Of a stretch of 64,000 nt of DNA, positions 32,825-41,427 are shown piece by piece. Both the position numbers and the translations under genes were made by a program. The notes beneath the pieces are model-generated. The model did not search any database. It was not told the origin of the DNA and worked only from the letters and a program-made list of their open reading frames with translations. The stretch spans positions 4,826-68,825 of the forward strand of contig JANQJF010000072.1 in NCBI GenBank assembly GCA_028281765.1, read 5' to 3'. Source of the DNA: Planctomycetota bacterium. Lineage in GTDB: Bacteria; Planctomycetota; UBA1135; UBA2386. Positions within the stretch are counted from its first letter, which is position 1. Each line of letters opens with the position of its first letter.

Positions 32825-33343
32825 CTAGTCGACCAGCGCAGGCTCCGCAGGCGCGTCTTCGTGTTTCGAAGGCGCGCCCACGTCGTTGGAAGCCTGCAGC
32901 TCGACACGCTGTTCGACCCACTCGAGCAGCGTGTTCACGTCGTCCGCGACGTCGTGGAGCAGATCCCCGTCTCTGAGGCGGACCCGATGCGCGGTGTCTC
33001 CGCAGAGGACCCGCTCGACGTCGGACCGGATGCGATACGCCGGCCCCGCGACCTGATGCGACAGCGTCAACGCGTGGTAGATCATCAGTCCACCCGCGAA
33101 GAACACGAAGAACGCCGCGATCAGCAGCACCGTCACGAGGCTAGGAATACCTGTCGCCGCAGCGCCAGCGTGATCGTGCACCTGCTTCGCGAACCAGGTC
33201 ACAAGCACCGCCGCGACGACGAGACTGGCGATAGCGGGGGTCACCACCCGCTTGACGATGCTCTTCTGCAGCTCCGGATTCACGAAGAGCTGCCGGCGTC
33301 TGTAGCGTGACTCGGTCATGGTCGCATGCTCCGTCCATGACAT
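32825..33343 (-). CDS. Hypothetical membrane protein (2 TM), downstream of actP
   Basis: Hydrophobic segments IASLVVAAVLVTWF and LVTVLLIAAFFVFFAGGLMIY. Alternative start at 33319. Confidence 0.45.
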   Translation of the reverse strand: MSWTEHATMTESRYRRRQLFVNPELQKSIVKRVVTPAIASLVVAAVLVTWFAKQVHDHAGAAATGIPSLVTVLLIAAFFVFFAGGLMIYHALTLSHQVAGPAYRIRSDVERVLCGDTAHRVRLRDGDLLHDVADDVNTLLEWVEQRVELQASNDVGAPSKHEDAPAEPALVD

Positions 33344-33391
33344 CGGGATTGCGGCCCCCTCGCGCGAACCCGAGTCGGCAAACCCCGCTGG

Positions 33392-35053
33392 CTAGGGCGA
33401 TTCCGGCTGCCGGATCTGGTCGACGATCGCCTGGAGTTCGGGCTCGGGTGCAGGCGTCATGCGACTGACCAGGATCGCGACAGCGAAGTTCAACAGCATC
33501 CCGACCATGCCGATACCCTTGGGTCCGATCCCGAAGAGCGTGACGCCGAAGAAGATACAGGTCGCCGTGAACGCGATCCCGACGAGCATCCCGGCGACGG
33601 CGCCCTGACGATTCACCCGCCGACTGAACACGCCGAGCACGAGCACGGGGAAGAAGCTCGAAGCCGCCAAGCCGAACGCGTAAGCGACGACCTCCGCGAC
33701 GAACCCCGGCGGATAGATCCCGAACACGCCAGCGACGACGACTGCCACAGCCGCGGAGCAACGAGCGACCAGTAGCTCCCGTCGCTCGGACATGCCCGGA
33801 TACTTGATCGACTTGCAGTAGTCGTGCGAAACAGAAGACGAGATCACCATCAACAGGCCCGCGGCCGTCGATAACGCGGCGGCGAGGCCCCCGGCGAGCA
33901 CCAGCGCCACGACCCAGGCGGGCAGCTTCGCGATCTCGGGATTGGCGAGGACCATGATGTCCTTGTCGATGGTCAGCTCGTTGGTGTCGGGATCCGCCCC
34001 GTAGTCGATGAGACCGTCTCCATCCAGGTCGTCGAACTTCAACAGCTTCTGGCCCTGCCATTTCTCGAACCACGCTGGAGCTTCGGCGACCGGAGTCTCG
34101 TGAAGGGTCTGAATCAGATTCACACGGGCGAATGCCGCAATGGCCGGCGCCGTGGTGTAGAGCACGGCGATGAACAGCAACGCCCAAAGCGCGCTCCAGC
34201 GCGCTGCGCTCGCACCCTTCACGGTGTAGAAACGAATGAGCACGTGCGGCAATCCCGCGGTGCCGACCATGAGAGTGAGAGCGATGGCGAACACGCCGAC
34301 CATCGACTCCTTGCCGGGAGTGAACGCCTCTGTGTACGCCGGGAAACCCAGCTTGTCGTGGAGCTGATCCAGCGTGTGAAGGAGGAATTCACCCGCGTAC
34401 GGGCCTTCGACGACCGTCGACCCGAAGCCGATCTGCGGGATCCAACTCCCGGTCATCTTGGCCGAAATCGCCACCGCAGGGATGAGGTAGGCAACGATCA
34501 GAACGCAGTACTGCGCCACCTGCGTGTAAGTAATTCCTCGCATCCCTCCTACCACCGCGTAGACGAACACCAGCACCATGCCAGTGATGACCCCCGTGGT
34601 GATCTCCACGTCCAATAGCTGGGCGAAGACGATCCCGACGCCCCGCATCTGCCCCGCGATGTAGGTGAACGAGATGAAGAGCGCACAGACCAGCGCCACG
34701 ACGCGAGCAGCCTGGGACCCGTAGCGATCCCCGACGAATTCCGGAACCGTATACCGACCGAATCGGCGCAGGTACGGCACGAGCAGCAGCGCGAGCAGCA
34801 CGTAGCCACCCGTCCACCCGATGAGGTAGTAGGTGCCGTCGTACCCCATGAACGAGATCAGCCCCGCCATGGAGATAAACGACGCGGCGCTCATCCAATC
34901 GGCCGCCGTCGCCATGCCGTTCGCGACGGCAGGAACACCTCGACCCGCTACGTAGAAGCCCGACGCCGAGCGAGCCCGACTCCACACGGCAATCCCGATG
35001 TAGAGCGCGAACGTGAGACCGACGAACGTGAACGACCAGCCCTGGATCGTCAT
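33392..35053 (-). CDS. actP: Cation/acetate symporter, sodium:solute symporter family (ActP-like)
   Basis: SSF topology and ActP-like conserved blocks, 553 aa. I placed the start at ATG 35053, which overlaps the upstream DUF4212 stop (ATGA). The ORF-track N-terminal extension is Arg-rich non-protein-like sequence. Confidence 0.85.
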   Translation of the reverse strand: MTIQGWSFTFVGLTFALYIGIAVWSRARSASGFYVAGRGVPAVANGMATAADWMSAASFISMAGLISFMGYDGTYYLIGWTGGYVLLALLLVPYLRRFGRYTVPEFVGDRYGSQAARVVALVCALFISFTYIAGQMRGVGIVFAQLLDVEITTGVITGMVLVFVYAVVGGMRGITYTQVAQYCVLIVAYLIPAVAISAKMTGSWIPQIGFGSTVVEGPYAGEFLLHTLDQLHDKLGFPAYTEAFTPGKESMVGVFAIALTLMVGTAGLPHVLIRFYTVKGASAARWSALWALLFIAVLYTTAPAIAAFARVNLIQTLHETPVAEAPAWFEKWQGQKLLKFDDLDGDGLIDYGADPDTNELTIDKDIMVLANPEIAKLPAWVVALVLAGGLAAALSTAAGLLMVISSSVSHDYCKSIKYPGMSERRELLVARCSAAVAVVVAGVFGIYPPGFVAEVVAYAFGLAASSFFPVLVLGVFSRRVNRQGAVAGMLVGIAFTATCIFFGVTLFGIGPKGIGMVGMLLNFAVAILVSRMTPAPEPELQAIVDQIRQPESP

Positions 35054-35313
35054 GCGTCGCCCTCGCCGTCGCTCCGTTGCCGCCGCTCCGCGGCTTCGAT
35101 GCGATCCATCCAGATCGCGTAGATCGCGATCAGCGCGACGAAGACGAAGATCGCCCCCTGCTGGCCGAACCAGAAACCGAGCTTGAAGCCGCCGATCTGA
35201 ACCGTGTTGAGCGGCGTCACGAGCAGCACGCCGAGGCCGAGCCCGACGAACGCCCAGATCGCGAGCAGGATCGCGACGACACGGAGATTCTTGCGCCAGT
35301 AGGAGCGAGCCAT
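35050..35313 (-). CDS. DUF4212-type small membrane protein (putative symporter small subunit)
   Basis: About 87 aa with 2 TM helices (MARSYWRKNLRVVAILLAIWAFVGLGLGVLLV ...), translationally coupled to actP. This arrangement is known for DUF4212-ActP pairs. Confidence 0.7.
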   Translation of the reverse strand: MARSYWRKNLRVVAILLAIWAFVGLGLGVLLVTPLNTVQIGGFKLGFWFGQQGAIFVFVALIAIYAIWMDRIEAAERRQRSDGEGDA

Positions 35314-35600
35314 CGCGAACGTTGTACGGGCGGGCGATGCGCCCGTCACCACTTCGCCCATACATGACTCCGACCGTACATGACGAAGCGCCGACCCGAG
35401 GGCCGACGCTTGCGCTTCCGTAAGGCGCCCGTCAGGGCACGGTCGCGACCTCAGTCGCCACCGGTCTGGCGGTTGTCTTCCCAGTGCACACCGGACTTGC
35501 CGGTGATCTTGCCGAAGACCTTGCGCTCCATCTCAACCGTCACGAAAACGTCGTCTTTGGTGCCTGCACGCACGGTGCAGGTCGTGAAAGAACCACCTCA

Positions 35601-36632
35601 TCAAGTGCCGAAGCGGCCCGACTTGAGCAACTTCTTCTTGCGCTCGTCGTAGACGAGGAACTTGGGCGAGGCGCCCTGCGGAAGGAAGTCGTGATACTCC
35701 TCACCAGCCTTGCCGTAGTAGTGCAGGGCGTTGGGTTGGATGTTGACGGCTTCGCCCTTGCGGGTGAACGCGAAGTCGGCCATCAGCGGCCCACCCCACG
35801 CGACCTGCGTCGTGCGGCTCGGGTTGACCTCGATCGCGGCCATCTTGCCGTTCTTGATCTTGACGGTCTCGTTGGCCTTCTCGACCAGCCCGAACGCGAG
35901 CGTGTAGCTGCCCTGCGGAACGCGCAGGTCGCCACCGACGAGGTTGAACGACGAGTTGCCGTCGGAACTCTTGACGACCGCAGCCGTCAGCTTGCCCTTG
36001 GACTTGAAGTCCTTCTTGAGGTTCAGGACGCCGGACTCACCAGCGAACGGAGTAGCCTCGATCTTCTTGCCGTCGGCGCTCACCGTGAGCTCGAAGAGGT
36101 CGCCCTTGAGGTTGACGATCTTCGACAGGTAGTGCGCGGACTTGGCCTTGCCCACGACCATCGCATCGACGCCTACTTCGTTGTAGACGCCGTTGTTGTT
36201 CTGGTCGATCAGCATGATGGTCTCGCCGTTGAGGCGACCCCGCATCATGCCGGACGAGGCGTAGCTGTACTTCTTGCCCTTGGCCTTGAAGCGCACGGCG
36301 TAGCTCATCGAGTTGCCGTCCGCGTCCTTGCCCTTGAGCACCAAGTAGCCCTTGGCACCCTTCACGGTCTTGTCGGGTTTGCCGTCACCATTGGTGTCGA
36401 CGTTGAGCGCCAGAGCGAGACCGTCTTCGTAGGCGGAGAAGCTGTCGCCGTTTTGGTGGGCAACCTTGATGCCCCCGTCGACTTCGCTCCAGGTCTCCTC
36501 GGGCAGGATGATCGACCACTTCTTGGCAGCCTTGTAGCTCATGTCCGCCGCCAGATCCGTCGCCGCTTCTTGGGCGGCGAGACCTGCGGTGAGAGCAAGC
36601 GAGCCAAGTGCGGTCGCTTTCGCGATTCGCAT
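35601..36632 (-). CDS. Hypothetical secreted Lys-rich protein with a DxNxDG calcium-binding-like loop; locally lower GC
   Basis: Signal peptide MRIAKATALGSLALTAGLAAQEA. NVDTNGDGKPDK loop. Visibly more A/T-rich than neighbouring genes. Confidence 0.55.
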   Translation of the reverse strand: MRIAKATALGSLALTAGLAAQEAATDLAADMSYKAAKKWSIILPEETWSEVDGGIKVAHQNGDSFSAYEDGLALALNVDTNGDGKPDKTVKGAKGYLVLKGKDADGNSMSYAVRFKAKGKKYSYASSGMMRGRLNGETIMLIDQNNNGVYNEVGVDAMVVGKAKSAHYLSKIVNLKGDLFELTVSADGKKIEATPFAGESGVLNLKKDFKSKGKLTAAVVKSSDGNSSFNLVGGDLRVPQGSYTLAFGLVEKANETVKIKNGKMAAIEVNPSRTTQVAWGGPLMADFAFTRKGEAVNIQPNALHYYGKAGEEYHDFLPQGASPKFLVYDERKKKLLKSGRFGT

Positions 36633-36925
36633 CCAGTCCTCCGGGTTGGTTGAGATGTTGTTCGACGAACCGAAGTCGCCGACTTGCCTGGTCTTGTACC
36701 ACGTTGTCGACCGGCAGTCACGGCCACCCTGAGGGCGCCGGACAAACGGTACGAGCGCGGGACACCACGACGCGCGACTACTCGAGAGACACCCGAAAGA
36801 TCCCGGAAAATCCACGAAACTCCCGCTCGCCGCCGCCGCAGGGAGCCGATATTCCTAACCCACGCCCTACACGAAGGTTGCAAGCACACCCTCGAGCGCG
36901 TCGTTCACGACGCTCGGCCGCAAAG

Positions 36926-38173
36926 ATGCGCATCGCCATCGTCTCCCACTTCGCACCGCCGCAGCCCGCCGTCGCGTCGCACCGCGTGCTGCGACTGAGT
37001 CGCCTACTCATCGCAGCCGGGCATCGGGTGCACTGGGTGACACTCGACACCGCGCAACTGCCGAAGCGCGACGACACTCTCGCGCGCGTGATCCCGGAGG
37101 AAGTCGTCGTGCACGGACTCGGTGGCCCAACGCTCTACTCCCAGCCCGCGGCCCCCACACTCCTCACGAAGGTCTTCCGCTCGCTCGCCTACGACCTCCC
37201 GAAGAAGCTCCCGCTCTTCGACGGCCACTTCGAGTGGACGTGGCGACTCAAGAAGCACCTTCCGCGCCTCGTCGCCGAGCACGACCTCGACGCCGTGCTG
37301 ATCTGCTGCAGCCCGCACGGGCAGATCGCGGCGGTCCCCGGGCTCCGCCGCGCGCATCCCGACCTGCGCATCTTCGTCGACTACCGCGACCTACTCAGCG
37401 GCAACCCGTGGAACGACCGCGGCTCCGAGCGACTCCGCGCGAAGCTGCAGGAGCGAGAACGGCGCGCGCTCGCATTCGCAGACACGCTGTTCTTGAACAC
37501 CGAGGAAGCACGCGATCGCTTCACCTCGGTATTCGGACCGATTGGAGGGCTCGACATCGACGTGATGCGGAACACGGCCGACTACCGACTCGGCGACGAG
37601 ATCTGCGCCGAGATGACGCCGCCATCACTCGGCCCGGGCGCACACATCGGGTTCTTCGGCACGCTGTTCCCGCAACGGCGTCTCCGCGAGGTGCTGCTCG
37701 CGATGCAAGCACTCGAACCGGCCCAGCTCGAAAACGTCACGCTGCACTGCTTCTGCGACGACCGCCAGTCTCCGCCTCTTCTCGAGGAAGACCTGGCCGA
37801 AGTCGGGCGCGCCGTCGCCTCGCGGGCGCGCCGACACGCGTTCCTGCCGTACGCCGAGGCCCTGTCCGCGATGCGCGCCATGCACGCGCTCGCGCTCGTC
37901 AACAGCCCCGACGAACGGGACTCCGTGTTCGTGCCTGGCAAGCTCTACGACTATCTGATGTCTCGCAGGCCGGTGCTCTTCATCGGTTCGCCTGGCGACG
38001 CCTCGACGATCGTCACCGACTGCGGGGGTCGCGCATTCGCATACGGGGACCACGCGGCGCTCGCCGCCACGATCGGCGAGCTGACGGCGGGCGACCCGAT
38101 CTCGACCGAACCGAACTCGCGCTACGCGCCGGAGTCGAGCTTCGCGCCGCTACTCGACCGACTGTCCGAGTGA
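36926..38173 (+). CDS. Glycosyltransferase family 4 (GT-B fold)
   Basis: N-terminal MRIAIVSHFAPP... and the C-terminal E-x7-E-like region of GT4 (FVPGKLYDYLMSRRPVLF). ATG at 36926. The ORF-track start at 36608 extends into the divergent intergenic region. Confidence 0.75.
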   Translation: MRIAIVSHFAPPQPAVASHRVLRLSRLLIAAGHRVHWVTLDTAQLPKRDDTLARVIPEEVVVHGLGGPTLYSQPAAPTLLTKVFRSLAYDLPKKLPLFDGHFEWTWRLKKHLPRLVAEHDLDAVLICCSPHGQIAAVPGLRRAHPDLRIFVDYRDLLSGNPWNDRGSERLRAKLQERERRALAFADTLFLNTEEARDRFTSVFGPIGGLDIDVMRNTADYRLGDEICAEMTPPSLGPGAHIGFFGTLFPQRRLREVLLAMQALEPAQLENVTLHCFCDDRQSPPLLEEDLAEVGRAVASRARRHAFLPYAEALSAMRAMHALALVNSPDERDSVFVPGKLYDYLMSRRPVLFIGSPGDASTIVTDCGGRAFAYGDHAALAATIGELTAGDPISTEPNSRYAPESSFAPLLDRLSE

Positions 38174-38178
38174 CGGAC

Positions 38179-39258
38179 TCAGAGTCGATCGAACACGTCG
38201 ACGATGCGGCCCGCGGTCTGGCCATCCCAATACTCCGGCACGTCCCCGCGTCCGACGCCCTGCTCCAATCCTCGCTTCGCCGCCGCGAGGATGCGCTCCG
38301 GATCGGTGCCGACGATCGTGTTCGTGCCCTGCGTGACGGTGACGGGTCGCTCGGTGTTCTCGCGCGTCGTCACGCACGGAATCTTCAGATACGTCGTCTC
38401 TTCTTGCAGCCCACCCGAATCCGTGACGACGAGCGCGCTCTGGGAAGTCAACCGGAGGAAGTCGAGATAGCCGAGCGGTTCGACCATGTGAATCGCCGCC
38501 GAATCGAGCAGCGCGCGACTGTCGTCCTCGAGCTTCGCGCGCGTCCGGGGATGGCACGGGAACACGAGCGGCAGCGAGTTCGAGATCTCGGCGAGCGCCG
38601 ACACGATCCCGTGCATGACCTTCGGCTCGTCGACGTTCGACGGACGGTGTAGCGTGACGACTCCGTAGCCGCCCGGCGTGACTCCGATGCGCTCGCAGGC
38701 ATCCGACTGCGACGCACGATCCAAATGCGTCACGAGCGAGTCGATCATGATGTTGCCGACGAAGTGGATCTTCTCGGCGGGCACGCCTTCGGCGAGCAGG
38801 TTCTCGTCACCGTCACGCGACGGCGTGAACAAATGGTCGGCGATACAGTCCGTGACGAGGCGGTTGATCTCCTCGGGCATGCGACGGTCCCGACTCCGGA
38901 GGCCGGCCTCGACGTGCGAGACGGGGATCCAGAGCTTGGACGCCGTCAGACTGCACGCAACCGTCGAGTTGACGTCACCGACGACGACGACCATGTCCGG
39001 CCTGCGATCGAGGTAGACCTTCTCCATCTCGACCATGACGCGCGAAGTCTGCTCCGCGTGGGACCCGGAGCCGACCCCGAGATACTCGTCGGGCTCGGGC
39101 ATCCCGAGATCGTCGAAGAAGACCTTCGACATGTTCGCGTCGTAGTGCTGACCCGTATGGATCAGCACGGCTTCGTGACCGCGCTCGCGCAAGCAGTGCA
39201 CGAGCGGCGCGGCTTTCATGAAGTTCGGCCGGGCGCCGACGACGGTCAGGATCTTCAC
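38179..39258 (-). CDS. wecB: UDP-N-acetylglucosamine 2-epimerase (non-hydrolysing)
   Basis: Conserved WecB blocks throughout (VKILTVVGARPNFMKAAPL; HTGQHYD; HVEAGLRS; DSGGLQEE). GTG start at 39258 chosen by alignment to the canonical N-terminus. Confidence 0.85.
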   Translation of the reverse strand: MKILTVVGARPNFMKAAPLVHCLRERGHEAVLIHTGQHYDANMSKVFFDDLGMPEPDEYLGVGSGSHAEQTSRVMVEMEKVYLDRRPDMVVVVGDVNSTVACSLTASKLWIPVSHVEAGLRSRDRRMPEEINRLVTDCIADHLFTPSRDGDENLLAEGVPAEKIHFVGNIMIDSLVTHLDRASQSDACERIGVTPGGYGVVTLHRPSNVDEPKVMHGIVSALAEISNSLPLVFPCHPRTRAKLEDDSRALLDSAAIHMVEPLGYLDFLRLTSQSALVVTDSGGLQEETTYLKIPCVTTRENTERPVTVTQGTNTIVGTDPERILAAAKRGLEQGVGRGDVPEYWDGQTAGRIVDVFDRL

Positions 39259-39382
39259 GCGCGCGATCGAACGCGATCGCCAATCACATGCAAGGGGAAT
39301 CCCGCTCGCCAGGACTTCCCCGACGCGAAACGGGCGGCCGCGGCTTCCCCCCGCAACCGCCCGCACCGCGATCTCGTCAAGA

Positions 39383-41230
39383 TCAGAAGTTGCCGATCGT
39401 GAACTTGATCGCCTTCGTCGCCGCAAACGGGATCGGGACACCGAGGCCACCGTCCAGTTGGAACCCTTGGCCGAACAGCGCGAGGCCGATCAGCGACGGT
39501 CCACCCGAGAGCGGAACCGGGAACGTGCCGTTGCCGGAGGCGTCCGAGATCGCCGGGGCGCCGAGGATGTTGAGGTTGACCCACAGCGTCAGACCGGCCG
39601 GGACCGCACCGACGAGGACCGACGAGACGTCGATCCCGATGTCACCCGGGAAGCCCGTGCCGAGCAGCACGTTGTACGAGGCGTTCGGGAGGAGCCCGGA
39701 GAACGCGTATCCGAAGCCTGCATTGCCGAGATACGGGATACCCGTGATGCCGATCTGCGGATCGCCGAGCGTGTTCGCCGTCGGGATGCCGAAGCACTCG
39801 GCACTCGCGTTGCCGACGGAGATCAACATGCTGTCGATGTAGACCGGCTCGACGCCTGCCGCCGCGCCGTTCTTGCGGCCACCGATGAACAGGCCGCCGA
39901 AGCCGGGACCCGAAGTCGTGCCCGTCATGACCGCGCCGTCGTCGGTCAGTAGGTTGCCGCCGATCCGGGCTTCGATCGCGCCCTGAGTCACGGAGACGCG
40001 AATGCGCTCCCAGCCGGTCGTCGTCGTGGCCATCGAGTCGAGGACCTGCGGGTCCGTGCCGTCGCCGTAGTCGACGAGGTAGTAGTTTGCACCCGTGTCC
40101 GTGACGACGAACGACAGACCGACACCGGTGACATCGGCGGTGTCGTTGAACGCGAGGGGCGACACGATCGACGGGAGGTTGAACAGCTGGCCGGCCGTGC
40201 CGTGCATGCCGATGTGCCAGTAGCGACCTTCGCCCGCCGCCGTGAGAGCCGCATTGACGTAGACGTACGCGTCGAACGTCATCTCCGACTCGGCCTGCGC
40301 GATCAGGAACGCGGTGTTGCCGATGCTGTTGCCCGACACCGTGGAGCCGAACTGACCGATGAGCGCGCCGGGAAGCGGCGTGCCGCCGCCGGCATCGTCG
40401 AACGGCGACGCCGGGATCCCGGCGGTCGCGTAGTCCCTCGCTTCGGGTGCACTGAACGTGCCTTCCCAATTCGGGATGTCTTGGCCATTCGTGAGCACGG
40501 CGAGCTCGCCGTCGAGCGCGAAGCCCGAAGCCGACAGGTCGAAAGACGCGGAGTTCGTCGCGCCAGGAGTCAGCGGCTGCGCGCGGAAGTCGTAGCCGTT
40601 GTTCTGGGTGTCGTAACCGTCCGCGATGCGCGACCAGGACCAGAGGTATCCGGAGCCAACGCGCGTGTTCCATTGGTCACCGAGAATGCCGGCGCCTTCG
40701 ATCTGCTCGGGATCCGGGGTGTAGGTCGGGGTGACGAACGGCGACAGCAAGCGAAACGCCTCATAGGCGACGGCATCCTGCGCGACCATCGACGCATCGC
40801 GAAGAATGATGCTGTCGATCTGACCGCTGTTGCCGAACCCGGAGTTCTCGAGCAGGAACTCGCCGGACGCGAAGTCACGCGGAACGATGTAGTCCGCCGC
40901 ACTGAGAAGTGACGGGATGTTCGCGTTCTCGTTGACGATCGTGAAGAACCCACCGGGCGCGATGACCGGCAGTGTGGTTCCCGGCCCCGGATCGAGATCG
41001 GCAGGAATCACGATGTCGAAGTTCGTAGAGCTGGGGAACGCGTCATCTTCGCAGTCGAGTACCCAACCGGTCAGGTCGACCGCAACCGGACCGGCGTTGT
41101 AGAGCTCGATGAACTCGTCGGTATCGTTACCGGAATGGTCGTAGACGAACTCGTTGATGACGACCTGCGCGCTGGATGCGCTGGCCAGCACGAGCGCGAC
41201 GGGAAGTGCACACGAAAGCTTGGCAAGCAT
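39383..41230 (-). CDS. Secreted lamin-tail-domain (LTD) protein, paralog 1, with conserved C-terminal domain ending ...KFTIGNF
   Basis: Signal peptide. LTD signature (VINEFVYDHSGNDTDEFIELYN). The C-terminal 140 aa are nearly identical to the neighbouring paralog. Confidence 0.75.
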   Translation of the reverse strand: MLAKLSCALPVALVLASASSAQVVINEFVYDHSGNDTDEFIELYNAGPVAVDLTGWVLDCEDDAFPSSTNFDIVIPADLDPGPGTTLPVIAPGGFFTIVNENANIPSLLSAADYIVPRDFASGEFLLENSGFGNSGQIDSIILRDASMVAQDAVAYEAFRLLSPFVTPTYTPDPEQIEGAGILGDQWNTRVGSGYLWSWSRIADGYDTQNNGYDFRAQPLTPGATNSASFDLSASGFALDGELAVLTNGQDIPNWEGTFSAPEARDYATAGIPASPFDDAGGGTPLPGALIGQFGSTVSGNSIGNTAFLIAQAESEMTFDAYVYVNAALTAAGEGRYWHIGMHGTAGQLFNLPSIVSPLAFNDTADVTGVGLSFVVTDTGANYYLVDYGDGTDPQVLDSMATTTTGWERIRVSVTQGAIEARIGGNLLTDDGAVMTGTTSGPGFGGLFIGGRKNGAAAGVEPVYIDSMLISVGNASAECFGIPTANTLGDPQIGITGIPYLGNAGFGYAFSGLLPNASYNVLLGTGFPGDIGIDVSSVLVGAVPAGLTLWVNLNILGAPAISDASGNGTFPVPLSGGPSLIGLALFGQGFQLDGGLGVPIPFAATKAIKFTIGNF

Positions 41231-41359
41231 CAGTGTTCTCTCTGGAAGGGTGTGGTGTGAGGTCCGGGGATACCCCCCGAATCGGCGAACCAGTGTAGGG
41301 CACACCCGATGAACTCCTGAGTTCAGCCGGAGTTAAGAACACGGAAACGCGGGCGGCAC

Positions 41360-41410
41360 GTTTTGAAACGAAAAGCGGGCGGATTCGGCTTGCGCCGAAC
41401 CCGCCCGCTT
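41360..41410 (-). terminator. Rho-independent terminator between the two LTD paralogs
   Basis: On the minus strand: GCGGGCGG-GUUCGGCGCAAGCCGAAU-CCGCCCGC followed by UUUUCGUUUCAAAA. The GC stem and U-run are read directly from the sequence. Confidence 0.65.
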
Positions 41411-41427
41411 CGGGACCCGATCGGGGA

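Noticed and set aside
39259-39382. Possible second terminator downstream of LTD paralog 1
   Set aside because: There is a GC stem (CGGGCGG...CCGCCCG) followed by UUUCGCG on the minus strand, but the stem is short and interrupted. It is recorded only as a weaker analogue of the 41360-41410 terminator.
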